A program made the translations under genes and the position numbers. From positions 44,345 through 108,344 of the forward strand of contig CAZYMB010000005.1 of assembly GCA_964648795.1 (NCBI GenBank): a stretch of DNA of 64,000 nucleotides, given 5' to 3'. Source of the DNA: an uncultured Acidimicrobiaceae bacterium (GTDB lineage: Bacteria > Actinomycetota > Acidimicrobiia > Acidimicrobiales > SZUA-35). The notes beneath the pieces were generated by a model. That model did no database searches. It had not been told where the DNA came from and was given only the letters and a program-made list of their open reading frames with translations. This document shows, piece after piece, positions 38,986 through 47,909 of the stretch (its first letter is position 1; every line of letters starts with the position of its first letter).

Positions 38986-39067
38986 TAGAGCGCGCTCCCA
39001 TGAAAGAGATCTTAGTGTCTGAGTTTAAGTTATTCGGGGATATCGGCTACAGAGGCCGAATCGGAAT

Positions 39068-40303
39068 TCAGTCGCTACTGTTCGGGAGTTGCGGCTTCTG
39101 AGACTGGCTCGACTGATATAGAACCTTAGGGGCAGGAGTGTGAGTTGATTCATCGAACAGCTCTACAGGTCCCAAATCGAGTTGAGGATCTTGTGTGCCC
39201 GGCACCCCTCCAGCTTTAATTAGCTTTCGGAGCTCGTTGGAGGTAAACGCTACGTAAACCATAGTGCGAACGTCGGAGTCGGTGATCTCACCCTCTGAAG
39301 TCAGCATTTCTTGATCGAGCAGCGTGTTGACAACCGTCATCTCACCAAGCTTGATTGCTTCTTCTAGGCTCGAGTCAAACTCAGAATCATCACTGCCACG
39401 TAGATCAATTACTTCTCGTAGGTCTACAACCTCTGGAGTTGCTTTTACGGGCTCGACACTCAAGTCGATCAAAGACGCTTCTGAAGGATCCTCAGTAGTT
39501 TCTAGATCCTCCAGATCCTCCACCCCTGAATACGGCAGAGTCTCAGCAGAAGCCTGCGAATTGAAGGCTGGGAGTGAACAAGTCTCGCCTGCAGTTGTAG
39601 ACGCTCCGACTTGACCGTGAACATCGATAATCGAAGCTTCTTCTGCTACCTCAGTTGCTGTGTCGACAGCTTGAACTTCTTCCACTTCAGCTAATGGCGG
39701 CTCAACGTTCGGTTCAGGGACAACAGCATCAGAACCAGGCTCTTGTGACACAGGTTCTGCTGCGAAGTCATCTTGAGCTATCGCCACATCATCTGCGACT
39801 ACTGGCTTGCCCGTATCCGGCCATGCAAACTGATCGTTAGTAGTTTCAACTGGATTATCGTCAGCTATTGCAACGAGGTCATCATTGTTGGACCAGGTTG
39901 GGCTTGAGGCTATTGGCTCGCCTTCGTCTAAGTCGCTGAGAGACTCTCTAAGTTCTTCGAGTTCTGCCAAGTCATAGCCAACAGACCCTGATCCTCCGTA
40001 GGAAGCACCAACAACTTCAAGTTCTCGTTTATCAACTGTCGTTTGACCTAGATCGTTGAGATAGTCAGATTTTTCATCAGAAGCAAAGATGTCACTTCTT
40101 CCACGCTTCGATGACTGAGCTGAAGATTTACTTGCCTGGAGGCGAAGATCGCTGACCACATAGAGACCCAACGCTGCAACAACGACTGCCGTTAAGAAGC
40201 GAACAAATAGCTGATCGCCCTCTGCAACCGCACCTGCAACAATAACCCCCAAAGCACCCACTGCTATGAGCACAAACAATCCACCAAGAATACGCTTTGT
40301 CAA
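39068..40303 (-). CDS. 2-TM membrane protein with long acidic disordered region and helical C-terminal domain
   Basis: Start reassigned to TTG 40303 behind an AGGGAGG SD. Two N-terminal TMs, then a D/E/P/A-rich linker. Confidence 0.8.
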   Translation of the reverse strand: MTKRILGGLFVLIAVGALGVIVAGAVAEGDQLFVRFLTAVVVAALGLYVVSDLRLQASKSSAQSSKRGRSDIFASDEKSDYLNDLGQTTVDKRELEVVGASYGGSGSVGYDLAELEELRESLSDLDEGEPIASSPTWSNNDDLVAIADDNPVETTNDQFAWPDTGKPVVADDVAIAQDDFAAEPVSQEPGSDAVVPEPNVEPPLAEVEEVQAVDTATEVAEEASIIDVHGQVGASTTAGETCSLPAFNSQASAETLPYSGVEDLEDLETTEDPSEASLIDLSVEPVKATPEVVDLREVIDLRGSDDSEFDSSLEEAIKLGEMTVVNTLLDQEMLTSEGEITDSDVRTMVYVAFTSNELRKLIKAGGVPGTQDPQLDLGPVELFDESTHTPAPKVLYQSSQSQKPQLPNSSD

Positions 40304-40312
40304 CTCTCCGGA

Positions 40313-40458
40313 CCTCCCTATATATGCAGAATAGGAGGGATTTCTGCAGCTTGCATCATCAAACAATTAGGGCGAATCTTGCTGTTTATTGCTGCTGTTT
40401 CTCGTGCCTTGGACTACCTTGTTGCGGCATCCAAGGTTACCCAGCTTAAATCGCCCTA
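40313..40458 (-). promoter_or_regulatory. Structured 5' leader with anti-SD pairing
   Basis: Complementary pairs tagggcga/tcgcccta (40368-75/40451-58), ccttgga/tccaagg (40407-13/40430-36), tgcagaa/ttctgca, and cctccctat/ataggagg, which covers the SD. Confidence 0.35.
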
Positions 40459-40668
40459 CAAATAAGCAAGAACTCTGGTTCAGGCTGTTTAATACTGCGG
40501 ATGGCCCAACAAAAGTTTTTTGGAAAAATATCGGCCCCAAGGAAAAAATTACCCGTACCAACCATTTGGCTAGCTACCAACCTCTGACTAGTGCCAGCGA
40601 CCTAGATCTTTATTTAGTCTAGACCCCCTGGTATCCTTGGAGTTAACAAGACAAGAAGGCGGGCTCTT

Positions 40669-41805
40669 GTGTCTAAATCTAAGTTTGAGATATCTGAAAC
40701 TAACAATAGGATGTTGAGACGCGTGTTCAGTAAGATTCGTTTCTCAACCCTCATGGCAATGACTGCCGTCTTGGCAATATCTGGAGTCGCTGCTGCTCAG
40801 AGTGACCTGGCGGATGAGTTCCGCCAACAAGCTGATCGAGAAGATGCGATCATCGCCGAGCTAGATACCCTCACCCAGGAACTCCAGCAAGTTCAGTCTG
40901 ATCTGGAAAATGCACGTCGCCTAGTTAACAAGAGCGAGCTCACCATCGAAGAAACGGAAGAACAAAAGGTTCTTATTGATGCTCAAATCCGAGAACTCTC
41001 ACTAGAACTTGAAGACGCAGCTATCGAAGGTTATGTACTCTCAGATCAGAACCGCGGAAGCCTAGACGCAGCTTCGGTAACAGATCGCATCAGAGCAGAA
41101 AACCTACTTAGCGGAGTACAAACAACTCGTGCCGAACTTATTGCCGAACTGGAAGGCTTAACGCAGCAACGCCAACTCGTGGACTTCTCTTTGGAAAGAG
41201 CTAAACAAATCCGCTTAGACAATATTGCTGTTCAAGAAGACCGTGAAGCAGTACTGATTGATCAACGCGAAAGGCAGAATCAGCTCTACTCTCAGGTTCA
41301 AACACGACTAGACGACCTACAAGCCGAAGCAATTGCATCGGCCCAACTTGATGACGAACTACGGGCGTTAATTGAAGAACGTCAGGGCTTTGCTCTCGCA
41401 AATGACGGAGAGCTAAGCAACCCCCTCGGAGCTAGCCGAACGACTTCACCATTCGGTTACCGCATCCACCCAATCTACGGAACCTCTAGACTGCATGCGG
41501 GAATCGACCTCTGCCCAGCTTCGGGTGCTTGTTCTGGCGCTCCAATAACTTCAGCCGGTCCTGGGCGAGTCATCTTCGCTGGAGTTCAAAGTGGTTACGG
41601 AAATACAGTCATCGTCGATCACGGCGAAGGAATAACTACCCTATATGCTCACCTCTCATCAATTCAGGTACGCAACGGGCAAGACCTACTAGGACTTGAG
41701 CGAGTTGGACTTGTAGGCGCCAGCGGTAACGTAACTGGCGCTCACCTTCACTTTGAAGTACGTGACAACGGCAGCCCAACTGACCCTTGGGCTCACATTG
41801 GCTAA
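40669..41805 (+). CDS. Coiled-coil M23 family peptidoglycan endopeptidase (EnvC/NlpD-like architecture)
   Basis: Signal peptide, long coiled coil, TSPFGYRIHPIYG..RLHAGID (HxxxD), GYGN.VIVDH, TGAHLHFEVR (HxH). Confidence 0.92.
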   Translation: MSKSKFEISETNNRMLRRVFSKIRFSTLMAMTAVLAISGVAAAQSDLADEFRQQADREDAIIAELDTLTQELQQVQSDLENARRLVNKSELTIEETEEQKVLIDAQIRELSLELEDAAIEGYVLSDQNRGSLDAASVTDRIRAENLLSGVQTTRAELIAELEGLTQQRQLVDFSLERAKQIRLDNIAVQEDREAVLIDQRERQNQLYSQVQTRLDDLQAEAIASAQLDDELRALIEERQGFALANDGELSNPLGASRTTSPFGYRIHPIYGTSRLHAGIDLCPASGACSGAPITSAGPGRVIFAGVQSGYGNTVIVDHGEGITTLYAHLSSIQVRNGQDLLGLERVGLVGASGNVTGAHLHFEVRDNGSPTDPWAHIG

Positions 41806-42305
41806 GAGGCTCTAAGCCTCTTACGTCTATTAGACTCAGCCGTTAGAACGCTGTGATCTGCAGGCACAAATGCTGGCTTGGGACGCCTCACACTTTGTCC
41901 GCGTGGCGGAATTAGGCTTGCCAGTCTCACCCTCTCATCAGGATCTAGAGTCGGCCTCGCCTCAGGCTCGACAATGAGCGCTGGTTCTAGAACCACTGGA
42001 GCAACAGGGTCCGGAACAATTTGTTCGATTTCTAAATCGTCAGCAATTAGCTGCCTCCCAACAACAAAAGCCCGAACATAAGCCCAAAGTGTCAACAAAG
42101 TGCTAGTACCAAGCACTACGATAGCGAAGCCTCGCAAAGCAATCGCTGCAAAGATGGCATACACAGTACTGAGAGTCAGCCCAATTAGAACTTGGCGCCG
42201 TTTCTCAAATACTGTCTGTGAACGCCAACTAAACAAATGTGACCACCTAGGAAACGCCAGAGTCTTTCCGAGATTGGGCGCTAAGGACATCGCTACGGTC
42301 ACCAC
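41802..42305 (-). CDS. SepX/GlpR-like membrane protein (putative)
   Basis: 'KRRQVLIGLTL...TM-TM...WAYVRAF' followed by a Pro/Arg-rich tail. Located downstream of glp-moaC as in other actinobacteria. Confidence 0.5.
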   Translation of the reverse strand: MVTVAMSLAPNLGKTLAFPRWSHLFSWRSQTVFEKRRQVLIGLTLSTVYAIFAAIALRGFAIVVLGTSTLLTLWAYVRAFVVGRQLIADDLEIEQIVPDPVAPVVLEPALIVEPEARPTLDPDERVRLASLIPPRGQSVRRPKPAFVPADHSVLTAESNRRKRLRAS

Positions 42306-42795
42306 TTTGCGCTACGTCTTTGTCACGCCTGTAAACTCCAGCTTTTCCACCGGTCTTTTCCCACAATGCAATCTCTCCGATAACAATGTTTCGATCGACT
42401 GACTTACACATGTCATAGATTGTGAGCGATGCAACAGAGCAGGCCGTGAGGGCCTCCATCTCTACTCCGGTTCTTCCAACGCTGTCGACAGTCGCCTCAA
42501 CTTCGATGTAATCGTCTTTAAGGTCAAAGCTGATTGTGATAGCTCCGATCAAGACAGTGTGACAAAGTGGAAGCAACCCAGAAGTGTTCTTTGCTGCCTG
42601 GATACCAGCGATTCTCGCTACTGAGATAACGTCGCCTTTGTTAACAGCACCTTTGGCAACTAGAGAAGTTGTTTCAGGGCTCATATAAACACGTGATCGA
42701 GCCAGTGCCCGGCGGTGTGTTGGTTCTTTCGGTGAAACATCCACCATTCGAGCACGACCCAACGGGTCTATGTGGGTCAATTCGCGTTCTGTCAT
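42247..42795 (-). CDS. moaC: Cyclic pyranopterin monophosphate synthase
   Basis: LTHID..GRARMVDVS.K, KGDV...ARIAGIQAAK.TS.L.PLCH, TGVEMEALTA, YDMCKSVD, EKTGGK. Confidence 0.96.
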   Translation of the reverse strand: MTERELTHIDPLGRARMVDVSPKEPTHRRALARSRVYMSPETTSLVAKGAVNKGDVISVARIAGIQAAKNTSGLLPLCHTVLIGAITISFDLKDDYIEVEATVDSVGRTGVEMEALTACSVASLTIYDMCKSVDRNIVIGEIALWEKTGGKAGVYRRDKDVAQSGDRSDVLSAQSRKDSGVS

Positions 42796-42859
42796 ATCTA
42801 CAAATCTAGACCAAGTCGCCTATCCACGCAGGCATCTTTTTCGATCCAAGTAATCGTCT

Positions 42860-44065
42860 CTAGAGGCCTGAACCAAACTTATGAACTCTAACCTGCTCGC
42901 CCACAACGTAGTCCCTTGGCTCGCCGAGCTCAACTAGGCAATTGGCAGTTGCATATGAGTTGATCTGATGGGATGAGTCTTCCCCAAATAATTCGACGAT
43001 CAAGCCGCCATCGAAATCAAGCCTTCCAGCTCGATAGTGAACTTTATCGTCACTATTCTTGGAGGTAGCTGACCTCAGCTCTGCTGTAATTGACTTAGAG
43101 CCATCGATTCCTCTAGAACGATCCAGATAAGTCCGGACAATTAAAGTAAAACTGACTAAGGCACTAACAGGGTTCCCTGGAAGGCCGAAATACGCAATAT
43201 CTGAAATCTCTCCAAAGACGAGTGGCTTCGCAGGCTTAATGGCAACTTGATACCAACCCAAATTGTTGTCAGGCTCCATCGCCAAAGCCTTCACATAATC
43301 GTGGCGCCCCATACTTACTCCGCCTGTAGATATAACAGCGCTAGCACCGTTGTCTTTGGCTCTCTCAATTAGGGCTAGCACTGAGTCTTGATCGTCAGGC
43401 ACTATTCCTAAGTCCACCACTTCGCAGTCCGAGGCTTCGAGTAGCTCTCTGAGAAGGGTTCTGTTTACATCTCTAATCTGAGCTCCGGTGGGCACTTCGT
43501 CAGGTGCAACGAGTTCTAGCCCAGTCGACGCAATGGCAACTTTGGTCTTTGGATGAACCAGAACTTCTGTAACCCCAAGTGACTGAAGAGAAGCCGCACC
43601 TGCGGGAGTCAACACTGTGTTTGATTCGACAACTAGCTGACCCTGGGTTATTGCACTGCCAACCTCACGGATATAAGCGCCCTCAGGAACTTGGACTTGA
43701 ATGTGGACTAGGTCTCCAGCGATATCAGAGTCTTCGACCATTACGCATGTATCTGCTCCAGCCGGTACTGGAGCCCCAGTCATTATTGGTGCTGCCTCGC
43801 CCGAATTTAGCTCCTTACCCTCCTGACCAGCCGCTATCTCATCTACTAGTAACAGTTCACTGGGTTTTGCTGGGCTCGAGCCCGCAACATCGGCTGAACG
43901 CACTGCGAATCCATCTACCGAGCTAACTCTGAATGCTGGAACATGTTCTGGAGCGTCATATGAACTAGCCAATCGCCGTCCTACTGCCTCAACAACTGGG
44001 GTCAACTCAGGGTCTCCTTGAGTTATATTTAGATGCTTACTTAAGAGCTCGGTAAGGTCAATCAC
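42860..44065 (-). CDS. moeA: MoeA / gephyrin-like molybdotransferase
   Basis: P.FRVSSVDGFAV, IMTGAPVP.GAD, STGLEL, IRDVN, STGGVSMG.HD, KPAKP, GLPGNPVS. Confidence 0.93.
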   Translation of the reverse strand: MIDLTELLSKHLNITQGDPELTPVVEAVGRRLASSYDAPEHVPAFRVSSVDGFAVRSADVAGSSPAKPSELLLVDEIAAGQEGKELNSGEAAPIMTGAPVPAGADTCVMVEDSDIAGDLVHIQVQVPEGAYIREVGSAITQGQLVVESNTVLTPAGAASLQSLGVTEVLVHPKTKVAIASTGLELVAPDEVPTGAQIRDVNRTLLRELLEASDCEVVDLGIVPDDQDSVLALIERAKDNGASAVISTGGVSMGRHDYVKALAMEPDNNLGWYQVAIKPAKPLVFGEISDIAYFGLPGNPVSALVSFTLIVRTYLDRSRGIDGSKSITAELRSATSKNSDDKVHYRAGRLDFDGGLIVELFGEDSSHQINSYATANCLVELGEPRDYVVGEQVRVHKFGSGL

Positions 44066-44337
44066 ACAGCCGACTCTAACGTCGACCTCAAGTTATGTTG
44101 CGATTATGTAACGGACCTAGCGTCACAGTGCAACATTACATACTCAAAAAAAGCCTGTTTCAGAGCCCTGTTTTCTAACTATGTCAGCAATGTTAAATGT
44201 GACAGGTAGTTTACGTTCCCGACAACTACCTGACGATACATAACATGTAGGCTAAAACAGAAGGCGGATCAAACCGGCGTGGGCGTATGCACCAAAGGAA
44301 TGATCTTCCAACCAAACATTTATGTAGGAGATATTCA

Positions 44338-44661
44338 ATGAAGAAACTAACAATACTTGCAGCAATTCTAGGTCTTGGCCTAGCAGCATGTTCTGACGCA
44401 GTTGACGGTGTTACTGACGCTGTTGACGAAGCTGGCGACGTAGCTGGTGACGTAGTTGACGAAGCTGGCGATGTAGCTGGTGACGTTGCTGACGAAGCAG
44501 TTGACGCTGTTGACGGTGAAGACGAAGTAGAGACTGACGAAGAAGTTGAAACTGACGAAGAAGTAGAGACTGACGAAGAAGTAGAGACTGACGAAGAAGT
44601 TGAAACTGACGAAGAAGTTGAAACTGACGAAGAAGTAGAGACTGAAGAAGAAGAAGGCTAA
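44338..44661 (+). CDS. Hyper-acidic repeat lipoprotein (107 aa)
   Basis: AGGAG SD, MKKLTILAAILGLGLAAC lipobox. Mature part is 47/90 Asp+Glu with no K/R/H and no aromatic residues. Confidence 0.88.
   Translation: MKKLTILAAILGLGLAACSDAVDGVTDAVDEAGDVAGDVVDEAGDVAGDVADEAVDAVDGEDEVETDEEVETDEEVETDEEVETDEEVETDEEVETDEEVETEEEEG
44524..44649 (+). repeat. 18-nt coding tandem repeat x7 (EVETDE)
   Basis: Units gaagtagagactgacgaa / gaagttgaaactgacgaa. An upstream 33-nt duplication encodes VDEAGDVAGDV x2. Confidence 0.95.
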
Positions 44662-44686
44662 AACCCTTTAACAACTTAGTTAAAAG

Positions 44687-44716
44687 CTGTGGCCGCACCA
44701 TTTGGTGCGGCCACAG
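44687..44716 (+). terminator. Rho-independent terminator
   Basis: ctgtggccgcacca-tt-tggtgcggccacag perfect stem, preceded by aaaag and followed by tcgttttt. Confidence 0.9.
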
Positions 44717-44755
44717 TCGTTTTTAAACAATTCTGCGCTGATATCATTAGGACAT

Positions 44756-45067
44756 ATGCCTATCTACCAGTACAAGTGTTCAGACTGCCCCGAAATACTT
44801 GAAATCCAGCAGAGCTTCGACGAAGACTCACTTACTTCAGCTGATGGATGCCAAGTAAACGACGACGGTAAGCACAGCTTAAAGAAGGTCTTCAGCTCGG
44901 TCGGTATCTCATTCAAAGGTTCTGGCTTCTACGCCAACGACAGTCGTGGGGCAAATTCAACTAGCACCCCACCATCCACAAGCTCTGAAGCTAAGAGTTC
45001 AACAACTGAATCAACCAGTACTACGACCAGCTCAGACTCGAAATCATCGAGTTCTTCAACTGACTGA
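44756..45067 (+). CDS. FmdB-family zinc-ribbon protein
   Basis: MPIYQYKCSDC....EI.QSF....L..., LKKVFS.VGISFKGSGFYANDSR, Ser/Thr-rich tail. Confidence 0.92.
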   Translation: MPIYQYKCSDCPEILEIQQSFDEDSLTSADGCQVNDDGKHSLKKVFSSVGISFKGSGFYANDSRGANSTSTPPSTSSEAKSSTTESTSTTTSSDSKSSSSSTD

Positions 45068-45088
45068 ATGCAGAACTTGAGCCAAGGC

Positions 45089-46435
45089 TTACTTGCCCGA
45101 TAGAGCTATATCTTTGATAACAACCGATGGTGTTGATGTCGCACCGTACAGGTGAGTCAAGTCAGAACCAATGTCGTCAATATTGTGCAGCATGTTTTGA
45201 ATGGTGGAACTTATAGTGCACTCATTCACTGGCTCTGCCAGTTCGCCATTGCGAATGACCCTGCCTTCAACTCCAACGGACATATCTCCTGACACTGTAT
45301 TCACCCCACTGTGAAGTCCGGAGAAACTAAACACTGCAATACCGTTATCAATGCCAGCCATCAGATCTTTGGGTTCTTTAGTTCCTGCACCGACAGATAG
45401 TGCAAGCGATCCAGGTGATGGAAGCCCTCTTGTCGAGCGCACTGCCGATGAAGTTGGACTAAAGCCACCTCTTCGTGCTGAGTAACTGTCGTGAAGGAAA
45501 CCCCGGAGCTCACCGTCAGTAATTAGATCTACTTTCTGGGTTGCCTGGCCTTCTCCGTCATATGCGGTAGCACCACTGGCTTTAGCATCCAAGGGGTTGT
45601 CTGAAAGCGTGAGCAGCGTTGAGGCTACCGAGGAGCTAACTCGATCAGCAAAGGGTGTACGACCTTTGATTACTGACTCGCCGTTTAGCATTGACGCGAC
45701 CAGTTCAAAGAAGTCTGAGGCATTGTCTGGGTCTAACAGCAAAGTGACATTTTGGGAGTCTGGTTGAGTTGCACCAAGCATCTGGATTGCTCTACCCACC
45801 CCATGTTCGAGAATCCTGTCTCGGTCTATATCAGCAAGGCTCGTTCCTCCGTCGTAGCCGTAGCTTGACTTCGTTTCTTTGCCATCTGTTGCCAGCACCT
45901 GAATGGCTGTTGACACAAACGTTGACTTCTCAGCGACCTCAGTGCCTTTGGAGCTGGCAAGAGCCGAATAGTACGAGCCGTCGCTATAGCTGGTAGTCCT
46001 TGCACCACTAACTCTGTCATCAGCATTGAGTGCTTCTTTTTCTAGTTCAATTGCATAGTTTATTTTGTCCGCAGTTGGAATCGCCAGGACAGCTTCATCC
46101 CAATTGTCAAACTCAACGCTGGCCTTTGCGCCAGTACCTGCGACTGCCATATCTGGATCAGCTTCAGCAGAATTTGCATTTTCTCTAGCAGCGGCCAATG
46201 TTAAGTCCAGAACATCATCGGTTAAAGCCGATGCGGAGGCAAACCCTTGCTGATTGTTAATAATTACTCGAACTCCAACTCCGTTCGATACCGAGTTCGT
46301 TAGCGACTCGACTTCTTGGTCATGTACTCGCACACTGGTACTAGCAGCGCTTGAAAGCGCTACTTCAATCTCTTCGCCAGGCTTTGCTGTACCAGCAATT
46401 CTGTTGGCAATCTCTAGTAAATCATTCTCGTTCAC
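45089..46435 (-). CDS. pmbA: TldE/PmbA protease subunit
   Basis: GVGVRVI..QQGFAS, LSDNP....SG...YDGEG, G.N.VSGD.S.G.EG..I.NGE...PV. No HExxH. Confidence 0.88.
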   Translation of the reverse strand: MNENDLLEIANRIAGTAKPGEEIEVALSSAASTSVRVHDQEVESLTNSVSNGVGVRVIINNQQGFASASALTDDVLDLTLAAARENANSAEADPDMAVAGTGAKASVEFDNWDEAVLAIPTADKINYAIELEKEALNADDRVSGARTTSYSDGSYYSALASSKGTEVAEKSTFVSTAIQVLATDGKETKSSYGYDGGTSLADIDRDRILEHGVGRAIQMLGATQPDSQNVTLLLDPDNASDFFELVASMLNGESVIKGRTPFADRVSSSVASTLLTLSDNPLDAKASGATAYDGEGQATQKVDLITDGELRGFLHDSYSARRGGFSPTSSAVRSTRGLPSPGSLALSVGAGTKEPKDLMAGIDNGIAVFSFSGLHSGVNTVSGDMSVGVEGRVIRNGELAEPVNECTISSTIQNMLHNIDDIGSDLTHLYGATSTPSVVIKDIALSGK

Positions 46436-47853
46436 GCCGCACCACCTACGGTGAGCGCTTCTACGGAAAGTGTTGGGACACCATCACCAACTGGCACACC
46501 CTGACCATCTTTTCCACAAGTTCCTGGAGGACCCATTGCAAAGTCATTTCCAACAGCATTGATCATTGTTAAGACTTTGGGTCCGTTTCCGATTAGCTGA
46601 CCGTCACGAAGTGGCGTAGTTAGCTCTCCATTTTCGATTAGATAGGACTCGACCATGCCGAAGACGAAGTCGCCGCTAGCTGTATCGACCTCACCGCCGC
46701 CAAGCGCTGCCACATAAACTCCGTAGTCAACAGAGGAAATGATCTCTTCTGGAGTCTGTGAGCCACCAGCAAGATACGTATTGGTCATTCGAGTCATTGG
46801 CAGATGCTTATAGCTTTGACGACGACCGTTCCCAGAAGGCTTGCGACCATGTTTTCTACCTGTCTTTGCATCCCACATATAGTCGACTAGAACGCCATCT
46901 TTGATCAGCACATTTTCAGCGCCAGAGTAGCCTTCGTCGTCGTACTGGTAAGCACCCCATTCGCCGGACATTGTTCCATCGTCAATGAGAGTTACTAACT
47001 CTGAAGCTACTTGGTCACCAACTCTGTCTGCGTAAACGCTCGCACCTTTATAAACAAGGTCTGCTTCTAGTCCATGCCCACATGCTTCGTGAAAGACTAC
47101 TCCGCCGGAGCCAGGGCCTATTACTACAGGCCAAGTACCAGAAGGCGCCGACTTAGCGCTAAGTTTCAAAGCCGCACGCTTAGCGGCTTTCGCAGCAATT
47201 TCTGTCACGTCGTATTGGTCAAAGAGTTCGTAACCCATTGCATGACCAACGGCTTCAGAACCGCGTTGGAGCTGACCATCGCCTGCGGCGACGGTCGAAA
47301 CAACAAACAAAGTCTTTGACTGATCATCGGTAACAAACTGGCCATCCGAGTTGGCCACAAGAATTTGACGGCGACTGTCACCAACTCGAGCAGAGACTTG
47401 AGTGATTGCATCGTTAGTTGCCCTCGCAGCAGCATCAGCCTCATTTAGCAAAGCAATCTTTTCATCGTTTGTAATTTCGTTCGCAGGCTTAACGACTGAA
47501 GCTGGCTGATGTGGTTGGTAGCTAAGCTCACCAACCGAGTTACTAGCCGAAGACGACGAAACTTCCGACGCCAGCTTTGCAGCACTCAACAAACCATCAA
47601 GACTTAGATCAGATGTGTGACTAAATCCAGTGGTTTCACCGTAAATAACTCGAATGCCGGCTCCTCTGTCGGTAGAAGAAGACAGCGACTCGACTCTATT
47701 GTCGTCTAATGCGACTGAACTTGACTGTTTGTCCTCAACGAACACCTCAGCAAAGTCGGCTCCAGCCGACATTGCCTGGGCTAGAACCTGCTGTAAATGC
47801 TGTTGTGGAATGTAATCTCTTATTTCTGAACTCACCTCCAGTAATCTAGCCAA
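46432..47853 (-). CDS. tldD: TldD metalloprotease
   Basis: AEVFVE, GAGIRVI.GE.TGF, FHEACGHGLEAD (HExxxH), GNGRRQSY...P..RMTNT, GTCGKDGQGVPVGDG.PT. Confidence 0.95.
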   Translation of the reverse strand: MARLLEVSSEIRDYIPQQHLQQVLAQAMSAGADFAEVFVEDKQSSSVALDDNRVESLSSSTDRGAGIRVIYGETTGFSHTSDLSLDGLLSAAKLASEVSSSSASNSVGELSYQPHQPASVVKPANEITNDEKIALLNEADAAARATNDAITQVSARVGDSRRQILVANSDGQFVTDDQSKTLFVVSTVAAGDGQLQRGSEAVGHAMGYELFDQYDVTEIAAKAAKRAALKLSAKSAPSGTWPVVIGPGSGGVVFHEACGHGLEADLVYKGASVYADRVGDQVASELVTLIDDGTMSGEWGAYQYDDEGYSGAENVLIKDGVLVDYMWDAKTGRKHGRKPSGNGRRQSYKHLPMTRMTNTYLAGGSQTPEEIISSVDYGVYVAALGGGEVDTASGDFVFGMVESYLIENGELTTPLRDGQLIGNGPKVLTMINAVGNDFAMGPPGTCGKDGQGVPVGDGVPTLSVEALTVGGAA

Positions 47854-47909
47854 AGTCAGACATACACTTGATACTTATGTGCAAAGAACCCGACGGACTG
47901 GGAATAGAT

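Noticed and set aside
40389-40622. 77-aa ORF (and the antisense 64-aa ORF) in the intergenic region
   Set aside because: No SD or leaderless signal, no motif, and it lies in an AT-rich divergent promoter region.
44524-44649. 18-nt tandem repeat as a possible CRISPR array
   Set aside because: The units are contiguous with no spacers, in frame, and vary only at synonymous positions. No cas genes are present.
44411-44701. Antisense poly-LLRQ ORF
   Set aside because: It is a shadow of the repeat lipoprotein on the opposite strand.
44338-47853. TldD/PmbA plus the neighbouring small proteins as a RiPP-type cluster
   Set aside because: No YcaO, radical SAM or other modifying enzyme and no precursor-like peptide. 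TldD/PmbA and FmdB are widespread housekeeping genes.
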